From an uncultured Acidobacteriota bacterium (GTDB lineage Bacteria > Acidobacteriota > Vicinamibacteria > Vicinamibacterales > UBA2999): a DNA stretch of 64,000 bases. The translations under genes and the position numbers were made by a program. Location of the stretch: contig CAVPRP010000011.1 of NCBI GenBank assembly GCA_963707825.1, positions 314,952 to 378,951 on the forward strand, in the 5' to 3' direction. Positions within the stretch are counted from its first letter, which is position 1. Every line of letters begins with the position of its first letter. Below are positions 46,183 through 55,972 of the stretch, in pieces. The notes beneath the pieces were generated by a model. The model was not told the DNA's origin. It saw nothing but the letters and a program-made list of their open reading frames with translations, and ran no database searches.

Positions 46183-47542
46183 ATGCCGGCACCGCCAGCG
46201 AACTACTGGCGGCTGGTGGGCCCGGGCATCGTGGCCGGAGGCGTCGGTTTGTCGTCGGGCGAGTTCATCCTATGGCCGTTCATCGCCTCGCAGGTCGGGT
46301 TGGTCCTGTTGTGGGGCGCCCTCGTGGGCGTCGTCACGCAGTTCTTCCTGAACATGGAAGTGGAGCGCTACACCCTGGCCACCGGCGAAACGGCGGTCAG
46401 CGGCTTCAACCGCCTGTGGCGACACTGGGGGCTGGTGTTTGCGGTGCTCGCGTATCTCGGTAATCTCTGGCCGGGGTGGGCGATCAGCGCCGCCACGCTG
46501 ACCAGCTATCTCTTCGGCGGCAACCCCACGTTCATCGCGGTCGGGATGCTGCTGGTCGTGGGGCTGTCGCTGACCTTCGCGCCCGTGGTCTACGTGGCGC
46601 TCGAGCGGCTCATCTTCGTCAAGGTCGCGGCCGTGCTCATCCTGGTGCTGCTCGGCGTCACCCTGGCGGTCGACGGGGCGTCGTGGCGGGCGCTGGGAGC
46701 GGGCTTCGCCAGCGTCGGCACCTTCCCCGACGGCCTGGGGATCGCGCTGGTGTTCGGCGCCATCGCTTATGCCGGTGCCGGCGGCGCGCAGAACCTGTGC
46801 CAGAGCAACTGGATTCGCGACAAGGGCTTCGGCATGGGGCGTTACGTGCCGCGCCTGGTGAGTCCGATCACCGGCGCCGCCGAGGCCACCGGCACGACCG
46901 CCACGACCTACATGTTCGAGCCGACGCCAGAGAACATGCTGCGGTGGCGCAGCTGGTGGCGCTTCGCGAACCTCGAGCAGGCGCTGAGCTTCGGCCTGGT
47001 CACGGTCGTGACGATTGCGCTGATGTCACTGATGGCCTATGCCACGCTCTTCGGACAGCCGGGGCTGCCCAACGACGTGTCGTTCCTGCGCCTCGAGGCG
47101 CAGCATCTGCGGGCGAGTGTGGGCTCGTGGTTCGGCGCGCTGTTCCTGGGCGTCGGCGCCTTTTCGCTGTTCGGCACGGCCATGGGCATCATCGACTACA
47201 CGAGCCGCCTGGCGGCGGACGTGCTGAAGACGAGATACGTGCCGGACGCGTCCGAGAGCCAGATGTACTTCCGCCTCGTCTGGGGCATGGTGACGCTGGG
47301 CGGCGGTGATCCTTTTGGCGGGCCTGTCGCAGCCGATGACGCTGCTCGTCATCTCGGCTTCGACGGCGGGCACCATGATGTGCATCTATTCCTGGCTGCT
47401 CATCGTGCTCAACCGGCGGATGCTGCCGGCGCCCATCCGCATCGGCCCTGGCCGCACGGTGGTGCTGGTCTGGTCGACGCTGCTGTTCGGCGCGCTCGCG
47501 GCCGTCACCATTCGCACCCAGCTGCAGGCCTTGTTCCGATGA
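46183..47542 (+). pseudogene. Nramp-like divalent-metal transporter family protein; frame disruption near 47300
   Basis: GPGIVAGGVGLSSGEF and YAGAGGAQN motifs with about 11 helices. The C-terminal helices continue in ORF 47306-47542. In the ORF track the gene is artificially fused to the next gene. Length is 1 mod 3. Confidence 0.65.
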
Positions 47543-47595
47543 CTCTGCCTCTTCGCCTCTCGCAACGTGAGTTCCATCCTTCAGGAGTGTCTCGT

Positions 47596-49858
47596 ATGGC
47601 TCGATTCCGGCATCGTCTGCCCGCCACCCTCGTCGGCGCGCTCGCCTTCGGTCTGGCCGTAGCCCTCACCAGCGCGTTTCCGCTCGCCCGGCAGGCGGCA
47701 CCGGATCGGCCGTGGATCGGCTTCTCCGGCGCGGCAGACGGCTCGCGTTACTTCCCGAACAGCCAGATCAACAAGACGAACGTCGGTCGCCTCGAAGTGG
47801 CCTGGACGTATCCGTTCAGCGACACGGTGTTCACGCCGATGACGGCGCGCGGGATGATCTTCGGCCGCGGGCGCAACGGCGCCCTGGTGGCGGTGGACGC
47901 CCGGACGGGCAAGGAGATCTGGGTGCGCGATGGCATGGACGGCATGACCCAGCGTGGCATCAACTACTGGGAGAACGCCGACGGGTCGGACCGCCGGCTG
48001 CTGTTCGCGATGAATGACTACCTCCAGGCGGTCGACGCCCGCACCGGCAAGCTGATTACCACCTTCGGCGACAACGGCGCCGTCGACCTGCGCGACGGAC
48101 TGGGCCGCGACCCGGCCACGATCGCGCGCATCCAGTCGCAGACGCCGGGCCAGGTGTTCGAGAACCTGCTCCTGCTGGGCTCGGCGCCCGGCGAGGGCTA
48201 CATGTCGGCACCCGGGCACGTCCGCGCGTTCGACGTGATCACCGGCAAGCAGGTGTGGCGGTTCAACACGATTCCGCAGCCGGGTGAGTTCGGCTACGAC
48301 ACCTGGCCGAAGGACGCCTACAAGTACATCGGCGCGGTCAACACCTGGGGCGAGCTGTCGGTGGACACGGCGCGCGGCATCGCCTTCTTCCCGACCGGGT
48401 CGCCCACCTACGACTACTACGGCGCGGATCGACTCGGCGCCAACCTGTACGGCACCAGCCTGCTTGCGCTCGACGCCCGTACCGGCAAGCGGATCTGGCA
48501 CTTCCAGCTCGTGCACCACGACCTCTGGGATTACGACACCAGCTCGGCGCCGCAGCTCATCACCATCCAGTACAAGGGCAAGCCCCGCGATGTGGTGGCG
48601 CTGGCCGGCAAGTCTGGCTTCCTGTACGTGTTCGACCGGGTGACTGGCGAGCCGGTCTGGCCGATCGAAGAACGGCCCGTGCCGATCAGCGGCATGCCGG
48701 GCGAGAAGAGCTGGCCGACGCAGCCGTTCCCCACCATGGTGCCGCCCTTCAGCAAACTGACCTTCACCGAAGACGACATCAATCCGTTCAACAACATCAC
48801 GCCCGAGGAGCGCGAGGCGTTCCGCGAGAAGGTGCGCGGCACGAAGAACCTGGGGATGTTCACCCCGATCGACTTCATCGACACAATGCACCTCCCGGGC
48901 AGCAACGGCGGCTCGGTGTTCGGCACGGCCGCGTCCGAGCCCGGCACCGGCATGGTCTACGTGATCGGCCAGAACAACCCCGGCATCCTCCGGCTGATGC
49001 GCACCGGCGAGCCGCGCAACCGGTTCGGCGGAGCGGCCACACCAGGCGAGGTCGTCTACCAGCGGGATTGCGCGAGCTGCCACGGGCCGAATCGCGCCGG
49101 CACCGACAGCGTGCCGTCGCTCGCCGGCGTGGCCGAACGGCTCGACCAAGCGGTGCTTCGCTCCACGGTGACGAACGGCAAGGGCCGCATGCCGGCGTTC
49201 CCGCACCTCACCGATGTCGAGATGGCCGAGGTGCTGGTCTTCCTGCGCACGCCGGCGCCTGGAGCGCGCGGTCGCGCGGCGCTCCCCGCCGCCGGTGTAT
49301 CCCCCGGGGCCGGTCGTCGGCAGCGGCGGGGCTCGCACTCGCACGGCCACTGGCCGCGGGGGTGTTCCGGGACGCCCGGTGGAGACACCGTATCCCGAAG
49401 GCGTGACCGACTCGCCGCAGTACACCATCAACGAGTACGGCACCATCGGCAAGCGGATGAAGCCGCCCTACACGACGATCACCAAGTACGACCTCAACAT
49501 CCCGGCGATCATCTGGCAGGTGGGTTTCGGCGACGACCCGGAGCTGGCTGAGAAGGGAATGACGGGCACCGGCATGCCGCAGATGCGCAACGGCGCGGTG
49601 GTGACCGACACGGGCCTCTACTTCGCGGCCGGTGGCGACAACAAGATCCGCGCCTACGACACCGCCAACGGGACGGTGCTGTGGACGGGTCACTACAGCG
49701 GCACCTACCGGGGCACGCCGATCATGTATGCGCTGGATGGGCGGCAGTACCTGCTGGTGCCGGCCGCCGGCGACCAGCTGCCCGCGGGCAACCAGGTGGC
49801 GCCGTATGGCAAGCCGTCCGGGCCGCTCGGGTACGTCGCCTTCGCACTGCCGCAATAG
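47596..49858 (+). pseudogene. Exported PQQ-dependent dehydrogenase (glucose/quinate/shikimate family) with an internal cytochrome c domain; single frame disruption near 49275
   Basis: RBS AGGAG and signal peptide [43 protein letters not shown] and the CASCH heme motif. The last propeller blades lie in ORF 49214-49858. Length is 1 mod 3. Confidence 0.85.
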
Positions 49859-50036
49859 GTGCCTGCGACGGCACGCTCCCGGCTCGTGCTGATCGGGGCC
49901 TGACGAGCACGTAGGCTGGGCGATGCCGCAGGGCGGGAACGGGTCGATTCATGCACCCTGCTGGGGTTTGAATTGCTCGCGGCCTTGGGGTATCGTTCGG
50001 CCGCTCGCGGTACTGTTCACGCGATAAAGGAGTGTC

Positions 50037-50255
50037 ATGGCCAAAGCGAAACGCACGACTCATCGAAGTTCGGCCGGGAAAAAGCTGTACGCGGTTCGGG
50101 ATAAGACGGGAAAGTTCAAAGACATCCAGACTTACGAGCGCGCTATGCGCGCCGACTTGACGAAGAAGAGCAAGGCGGAGAAAACGACCGCCGCAAAGAA
50201 GGCCGCAAAGAAGCGGGTCGGGAAAACGGCCAAGAAGGCCGCAAAAAAGCGCTAG
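50037..50255 (+). CDS. Small lysine/alanine-rich basic protein (histone H1-like / nucleoid-associated candidate)
   Basis: 72 aa with RBS AAGGAG. The C-terminal tail has KKAAKK-type repeats. The locus is visibly lower in GC than its flanks. Confidence 0.6.
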   Translation: MAKAKRTTHRSSAGKKLYAVRDKTGKFKDIQTYERAMRADLTKKSKAEKTTAAKKAAKKRVGKTAKKAAKKR

Positions 50256-50399
50256 GAGCGCACGCGAATCCAGCGGGTCTGGCGGTTTGGGAGCGGGTCC
50301 GTCAAGAACGAATCCCACGCTCCCCGCCAACTCACTCGTTCACTTGCTTGCTGGCAGGAGAGGCTGTTCCCCAGGGTTCAGTGCACACTCCAGTCAGGC

Positions 50400-51329
50400 C
50401 TACGACGACGGGCGAGCGTACTGATTGAACCACGCGATCGTCCGGGTCCATGCCTGCGCCGCCGTCTCCTTGTTGTAACGTTCCGGGGTGGCGTCGTTGA
50501 AGAAACCGTGAACCGAATTGGGCCAGATGTGACCCTCGTAGGGGATGTTGTTCTTCTTCAATTCCGCCTCGTACGCCGGATATGCCTTCACGAGCCCCGC
50601 GTCGAGCGCCCCGTGATGCACGAGGATCGCCGCTTTGATCTTCGAAACCTCTTCCGCCGGTGGCGCGCCGCCATAAAACGGTGCGGCTGCCGCCAGATCG
50701 GCGCCCAGTATCGTCGCCAGCGTGTTGGACATCCCACCACCGAAGCAGAAGCCGGTCGCGCAGACTTTGCCGTTGCCGAGCGCGTGGGCCTTGAGCCACT
50801 GAGCGGAGGCCACGAAATCCTGGGTCATCTTCGGGCGATCGATCTTGGCGAACAGTTGGCCGCCTTTGAAGTCGTCGCTCGGATAGCCGCCGACCGAGGT
50901 CAGCGCGTCCGGCGCAAAGGCGATGAAGTTCTCCAGCGCAAACCGCCGCGCCACGTCTTCGGTATGCGGATTGAGACCGCGATTCTCGTGGATCACGAGC
51001 ACCGCAGGCAGTTTGGTGGGCTTTTCGCTCCGGGTTGTCTGGCTGAACGGCCGGACGAAATAGCCGCGAATCTGCCCATTGCCATTGGGTGAAGGTATGG
51101 TCTCGTAGCTGGCCGTGATCCGCTCGTCATCCTTGCGAACCTGCTGCCCCAACGCGTAGTTCGGCATCAGCGCTTCGACGATGGCGGCGGCACTCAAGCC
51201 GGCGACCGCAAAACGATTGATTCCCTTCAGAAAATCGCGCCGACTGACCTCGCCATGAATGTAGCGTGTGTACAGGTCCACGGCTTCGGGAGGAATCCTT
51301 CCCTTCGCCTGTTCGTGATTCTCGTCCAT
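50400..51329 (-). CDS. Dienelactone hydrolase family protein (Tat/Sec-exported)
   Basis: ATG 51329 follows AGGAGG. SRRDFLKG-type signal. VIHENRGLNPH, GFCFGGG and HGFFND. Confidence 0.85.
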   Translation of the reverse strand: MDENHEQAKGRIPPEAVDLYTRYIHGEVSRRDFLKGINRFAVAGLSAAAIVEALMPNYALGQQVRKDDERITASYETIPSPNGNGQIRGYFVRPFSQTTRSEKPTKLPAVLVIHENRGLNPHTEDVARRFALENFIAFAPDALTSVGGYPSDDFKGGQLFAKIDRPKMTQDFVASAQWLKAHALGNGKVCATGFCFGGGMSNTLATILGADLAAAAPFYGGAPPAEEVSKIKAAILVHHGALDAGLVKAYPAYEAELKKNNIPYEGHIWPNSVHGFFNDATPERYNKETAAQAWTRTIAWFNQYARPSS

Positions 51330-51490
51330 CGACACCTCCTGTGACCCGCCGAGGGTATCACTGTGGGTAGCATAATGTGCGCAGCATGCCGGCAAAACGG
51401 TCTAGAAAGCGCGTCGCATCGGTGCGTGAGTACATCGCGTCGAAGCCGAGCGAGTCTCGAGCCAGCCTCGAAGCTTCGGCGTGTTGCCGT

Positions 51491-52009
51491 TCATTGACGA
51501 CCGCCCGCCGTGGTGGGGGTTGATTTCATCGCGATCACGTGCTCCACCAACTGATCGACGGCGATCTCGGTCCCCTGGTAGAAGCCCGACGCTTTGTTGT
51601 TCTCGAGGTCCGCTTCATTCCGGTGCAGCGCCGTAAAGACGTAGCGAGTGCCGGTTCCCACGGGTTCCATCGTCACGATCGCGGTGATTGGAATGTCGTC
51701 AAAGACCGCCGGACGATAGCCGGGGAACAACATGGAGGTCCAGACAAGTCGCTCCATCGGAACAACCTCCAGGAAACAGCCGAGATTTGGCGACTCCTGA
51801 CCGTCCCCCATTGCGATGTCGATGCTGAAGATGCCGCCCGGTCGCACGTCCATTTCGGCTCGCGACACACGCCCCCAGGCCTTGGGCATGTACCACTCCT
51901 TGAGATGCTCCGGTTTCGTCAACGCGTCCCAGACCAGTCGCGTGGGAGCGTCGATGAACCGTTCGATGGCGAAATCAAGTTTCGGATTGAAGGCGAAGTG
52001 CTTGCTCAT
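51491..52009 (-). CDS. SRPBCC / AHSA1-like domain protein
   Basis: ATGA overlap with the ArsR stop. About 172 aa. RFIDAPTRLVWDALTKPEHLKEW is typical of this family. Confidence 0.75.
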   Translation of the reverse strand: MSKHFAFNPKLDFAIERFIDAPTRLVWDALTKPEHLKEWYMPKAWGRVSRAEMDVRPGGIFSIDIAMGDGQESPNLGCFLEVVPMERLVWTSMLFPGYRPAVFDDIPITAIVTMEPVGTGTRYVFTALHRNEADLENNKASGFYQGTEIAVDQLVEHVIAMKSTPTTAGGRQ

Positions 52010-52362
52010 GAGCCTGATTCCTTTTCCTTGAGTTGTTTGACGACCTGGTCGAACCGGTCCAGTCGCGCTTCCCATGACCGGCGACGCGTGGTCAGCCAGT
52101 CTTCAACGACCGCGAACCGTTCGGGTGCGATCTCATACGTCCGCACTCGCCCCCGCTTCTTCGACTTCACCAGTCGGCTCTTTTCGAGCACCGAGAGGTG
52201 CTGCACGAACGAGGGGAGTTGCATGTCGAACGGTGCCGCCAGCTCGCTGACGGTGGCCGGTCCGACCGACAGATGCTCCAGGACCTTCCGCCGAGTCGGG
52301 TTGGACAAGGCGTGAAACACGGCGTCAGCGACTGCAGATTGCACCATCTCGACACTATCCAA
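52006..52362 (-). CDS. ArsR/SmtB-family transcriptional regulator
   Basis: FHALSNPTRRKVLEHLSVGPATVSELAAPFDMQLPSFVQHLSVLEKSRLV forms the wHTH. Confidence 0.85.
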   Translation of the reverse strand: MDSVEMVQSAVADAVFHALSNPTRRKVLEHLSVGPATVSELAAPFDMQLPSFVQHLSVLEKSRLVKSKKRGRVRTYEIAPERFAVVEDWLTTRRRSWEARLDRFDQVVKQLKEKESGS

Positions 52363-52403
52363 GTGCGCGGGTTATCCGATGTGACCGAGGGATCCTACAG
52401 CCG

Positions 52404-52435
52404 TTAAATACTTTTGTAAATACCTAAGTATTAAG
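52404..52435. promoter_or_regulatory. AT-rich imperfect inverted repeat upstream of the ArsR operon (candidate operator)
   Basis: TTAAATACTT (52404-52413) pairs with AAGTATTAAG (52426-52435). Direct repeat TAAATAC at 52405 and 52417. The region lies immediately 5' of the minus-strand ArsR start. Confidence 0.3.
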
Positions 52436-52446
52436 ATCCCTGCAAC

Positions 52447-53388
52447 TCATCGCGTCTGTTGCGCGAACGCGTCCCCGACTCGCTGCGCCAGAGCGGACGT
52501 GTCCGCGTGCGCCATGTTCGACGTGACAGCGACGACGATGCCGCTGTCGCGCTCCGTCATCAGCGACATCACCATGCCGCCGGCGAGTTCACCGTTGACG
52601 CTGCCGGATTTCGTCGCCAGCGCGAAGCGCACGAGATCGGACGGCGTGGAATAGAACGCCATCCCGTTCGCGCAACAGGCCAGGTCGCGCAGGTACATCA
52701 ATCGTCGTCCACGGCCGGGATTGTCATCGGACCTTGGGACGTAGAACGTCGCGCGCCCGCCCGGCAGCGGGTACTCCGCGGGCATGAGGCCGAGCGGCTG
52801 CCAGATGATGTGGCGGAGGAGCGTGAGGGGCGGGAAGTCTTCTCCCTCCTCGCCGATCGCTTCAGGGCTCCATTCTTTCGCCGCATCAGATCCGGTGTTG
52901 GTCAACCGGAGCGACGCGACGGCAGGGATGACTGCGGACGCCGCGGTGCCGATGTTGAACCGCGTGTCCGGCGTGACCGGCGTCCGCGTCGCGACGTCCC
53001 TCCATCCGAACCCTTCGGCCCAGACGAGAGTGCCGCCGGCGCCGACCGCCACCGACACCCCGGGCAGGTGTTGCTCCAATACCGCTGAGCGCACGAGCTC
53101 CCGCGCTCGCTCGACGGCCGCCGTATATTGCGGCGACGGCGCCGAGTCGACGACCGATGGCACCTCCTGCGACCGCGCGAAGAGAGGCGCGGTCACAACG
53201 ACGCCGTGGGTCAGAAATGCCGCGAACGCGGCGACGACGACGCCGACGGCAAGCGCTGTGCGGGCAGCCCACATCGGGAGCCGGTTGCCCGCGGCCCTGA
53301 CGCCGAGCACGACCGCGACCACCATCATGAGCATGCCGATGACCGCGGCCCCTGGCGCATCGTCGGCGGCGGCCACATACATTCCCAT
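52447..53388 (-). CDS. Membrane-anchored beta-lactamase-related serine-hydrolase homolog lacking the SxxK motif
   Basis: LPGVSVAVGAGGTLVWAEGFGWRDVATRTPVTPDTRFNIGTAASAV aligns by pattern with the family block ...F.IGS.SK.F, but reads TAAS at the SxxK position. The protein is shorter than usual. The N-terminus may start further upstream (ATG 53458) via a frameshift. Confidence 0.55.
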   Translation of the reverse strand: MGMYVAAADDAPGAAVIGMLMMVVAVVLGVRAAGNRLPMWAARTALAVGVVVAAFAAFLTHGVVVTAPLFARSQEVPSVVDSAPSPQYTAAVERARELVRSAVLEQHLPGVSVAVGAGGTLVWAEGFGWRDVATRTPVTPDTRFNIGTAASAVIPAVASLRLTNTGSDAAKEWSPEAIGEEGEDFPPLTLLRHIIWQPLGLMPAEYPLPGGRATFYVPRSDDNPGRGRRLMYLRDLACCANGMAFYSTPSDLVRFALATKSGSVNGELAGGMVMSLMTERDSGIVVAVTSNMAHADTSALAQRVGDAFAQQTR

Positions 53389-53584
53389 GGCCGCGACAGT
53401 CAGGCCGAGGGCGACAAGAGCGAATGGCCTTCGCCCGGGCCATCACAGTGGTCTTCATGCCCGCAGTGTGACCGAGGCCCGGTCGGCGGAGTCCTCACCA
53501 AACGTGAGCGGTCGATGAGATCTAAGTGAGACGTCGAGTGTTTCCGCCAGCAGGCCCTGGGACGGAACGTATGATGAGGACTTC

Positions 53585-55204
53585 ATGGATGCTACGGACG
53601 GCGCCACCGATCACGCCTTGAGACAATTTCGCCTCTCCAGGTTCGGGCTGGCGCTGGCCGTGATGAGCCTTGGCTTCGTCGCCGCCAACTTCTTGCTGTC
53701 CCTGTGGCTGGGGCGACTCTCGTTTAACCGCAATAGCGTATTGCTGTTGGTGGCGAGTGCGGCCTTCGGCATGTTGTGGCTGCTGATGCGTGGGGCACCC
53801 CGGTCGCCTCGATTCGTGCGCACCGTGGAACTGTCGACACTGTTCGTGGGCACGGCCGCGTTCTCGGCCACGGCGCTGGTCATGGACATGTTGGCGAACC
53901 CCGACATGTTCGTGCGCACACTGTTGACGTACATGCTGCTGGTGTACGCCGTGTACGTGCCGTCCACAGCCAGGCACACACTACTGGTCGCCGGGCTGAT
54001 GACGCCGCCGCTTCTTGGCAGTATCTTTCTCGCGTTCCGCGCCTGGGACCCCGCCCTGCACGATCCGCCTGCCGCGCCGTGGCCCAAAGGGCAAGTCGGT
54101 GACATGGCCTACCCGGCAACGCTGGTGACCGCCTTCTTCTGGGCGATCGTCGTCGCCATGGCCGCCAGCTTCTCGCAGACGATCTATGGACTGCGCAAGG
54201 CCGTGAATGACAGTCGCAAGCTGGGGCAATACACACTCGAAGAAAAGCTCGGTGAAGGCGGCATGGGCGTCGTGTACCGCGCGTCGCATGCCATGCTGCG
54301 GCGCCCCACCGCGATCAAGCTGCTACTACCCGACCGCGCCGGACCTGAGGCGTTGAGCCGCTTCGAGCGCGAGGTGCGCCGCACGGCGATGCTCACGCAT
54401 CCCAATACGGTGACGGTCTTCGATTACGGCCAGACCACAGAGGGAGTGTTCTACTACGCCATGGAATTGCTGGAGGGCGCGTCCCTTCAGGAGATGGTCG
54501 AAGTCGACGGTCCGCAGTCCGCTGAGCGGGTCATCCATCTTCTGGAGCAGGTCGCGGGTTCACTGGCAGAAGCACACGGCGCAGGGCTGATTCATCGCGA
54601 CATCAAGCCTGGCAACATCCTGGTCGTCGATCGTGGCGGCATCTCCGACCTCGTCAAGGTCGTCGACTTCGGCCTGGTGAAGGACGTGCGTGGCGGCGCA
54701 GCTGCCGATGCCACGCTGACCTCTGTCGACTCCATCACCGGCACGCCGCACTACATGGCGCCCGAGACCATCAGCGCGCCCGACACGGTGGATGCACGCA
54801 CCGACATTTATGCGCTTGGCGCCGTCGGATACTGGTTGCTGACAGGCACACACGTCTTCCGCGGGAACACTGTGATGGATGTGCTGGCGCACCATCTGCA
54901 TTCCGCACCAGAGCCTCCCTCGGTTCGACTGAATGCTCCGGTTGAACGCGATCTGGAGAAGCTGTTGCTCGCGTGCCTTGCCAAACAGCCGGCCGATCGT
55001 CCGGAGTCGGCGCAGGTGCTGCGCGACCAATTGCGCGCATGTCACGCAGCGCGCCTCTGGACCAACCATCGTGCTGCGGCGTGGTGGACATTGCACCGCC
55101 ATCAGCTGCACTCAGCGCATTCGGCAACGAAGGATGCGATTGACGTGAGTGCCTCGCACCTGATCGTGACTCGCATTCCTGACCCATCCTCGCCGCCACA
55201 ATAA
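53585..55204 (+). CDS. Ser/Thr protein kinase with an N-terminal multi-helix membrane domain
   Basis: LGEGGMGVVYRA, AIKLL, HRDIKPGNILV, DFGLVK and GTPHYMAPE. Confidence 0.9.
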   Translation: MDATDGATDHALRQFRLSRFGLALAVMSLGFVAANFLLSLWLGRLSFNRNSVLLLVASAAFGMLWLLMRGAPRSPRFVRTVELSTLFVGTAAFSATALVMDMLANPDMFVRTLLTYMLLVYAVYVPSTARHTLLVAGLMTPPLLGSIFLAFRAWDPALHDPPAAPWPKGQVGDMAYPATLVTAFFWAIVVAMAASFSQTIYGLRKAVNDSRKLGQYTLEEKLGEGGMGVVYRASHAMLRRPTAIKLLLPDRAGPEALSRFEREVRRTAMLTHPNTVTVFDYGQTTEGVFYYAMELLEGASLQEMVEVDGPQSAERVIHLLEQVAGSLAEAHGAGLIHRDIKPGNILVVDRGGISDLVKVVDFGLVKDVRGGAAADATLTSVDSITGTPHYMAPETISAPDTVDARTDIYALGAVGYWLLTGTHVFRGNTVMDVLAHHLHSAPEPPSVRLNAPVERDLEKLLLACLAKQPADRPESAQVLRDQLRACHAARLWTNHRAAAWWTLHRHQLHSAHSATKDAIDVSASHLIVTRIPDPSSPPQ

Positions 55205-55218
55205 GTCGTTTATCAAGG

Positions 55219-55458
55219 ATGGACCAGGACCAGCTGGACCACTTACTCGTGCCTCGCCCGGACGACATCGTCGACCGTAAGTATCGCGTGCGCGAGCGAA
55301 TCGGCACCGGCGGCATGGCCCCCCTTTACTCGGTCATGGAAGATTTCTTCCCACCAGTTGCCGCGTCAGGGAAATACCTCATCTGCACGAGGCCCCCGGA
55401 TTACCGGATGTTTTGCGCGTTGGCAGGAATAGTGCTGATACCAAGCCAAGCGGGCTGA
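55219..55458 (+). pseudogene. Remnant of a second Ser/Thr kinase gene (N-terminal about 35 codons only)
   Basis: The ORF begins ...DDIVDRKYRVRERIGTGGMAPLYSV, a glycine-loop-like segment, then loses all kinase similarity. Confidence 0.35.
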
Positions 55459-55493
55459 TTCTCAGCCCATCCGTTCATTTGGGAGGAATACTC

Positions 55494-55886
55494 ATGCTGC
55501 GATTCATCAGCTCAACCGCCTTCGCCCTCGCCGTCACGGCGAGCGTGTTCGCGCAAGAGCCGGCGCCCGCTTCACCGCAACCGGAGAAAGCGCAAGCTCC
55601 CAAGGAGACGCTCACCGGCTGTGTCATCGAGGCCAAGACAACGGACGGCGGCAAGGCTTACGTGCTGAACAATGCCGAAGGGGGATCGGCCACGATGTAC
55701 GTGCTCGCAGGAGCATCGCAGTCCGAGGTCGCGACCAACGTCAACAAGAAGGTCGAAGTGACGGGTCCGGTGCAGCAGCCCAGTGCGCCGCCGGCCGAGG
55801 ACGGGGCCGCGGCCAACCCGAAGGTGCTGCGCCCGCCGCTGGTGGATGTCGAAACCGTAAAGGTGCTGGCTGAAACCTGCAAGTAA
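55494..55886 (+). CDS. Small secreted hypothetical protein
   Basis: RBS GGGAGG and signal peptide MLRFISSTAFALAVTASVFAQ. 130 aa with two cysteines, one near each end. Confidence 0.55.
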   Translation: MLRFISSTAFALAVTASVFAQEPAPASPQPEKAQAPKETLTGCVIEAKTTDGGKAYVLNNAEGGSATMYVLAGASQSEVATNVNKKVEVTGPVQQPSAPPAEDGAAANPKVLRPPLVDVETVKVLAETCK

Positions 55887-55895
55887 TCGCCTCGT

Positions 55896-55926
55896 GGTCT
55901 GCCCCTCGCGCGGCGCGGGGCAGACC
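55896..55926. terminator. Bidirectional intrinsic-terminator-like hairpin
   Basis: GGTCTGCCCC-(11 nt)-GGGGCAGACC gives a perfect 10-bp GC-rich stem. It lies between convergent genes ending at 55886 and 55973. Confidence 0.6.
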
Positions 55927-55972
55927 GCTCACATCGAAGGCGCTGTGCCGGGCGCCGCGGTCCCGATCGACA

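Noticed and set aside
50289-50324. Hairpin GGGAGCGGG...CCCACGCTCCC as a terminator between the histone-like gene and the dienelactone hydrolase gene.
   Set aside because: The stem has a mismatch, the loop is long (about 16 nt) and there is no T tract. It is too weak to list as a feature.
49859-55500. A horizontally acquired genomic island or mobile element in the lower-GC stretch.
   Set aside because: There is no integrase, transposase, tRNA attachment site or flanking direct repeat. The genes are ordinary housekeeping or stress types.
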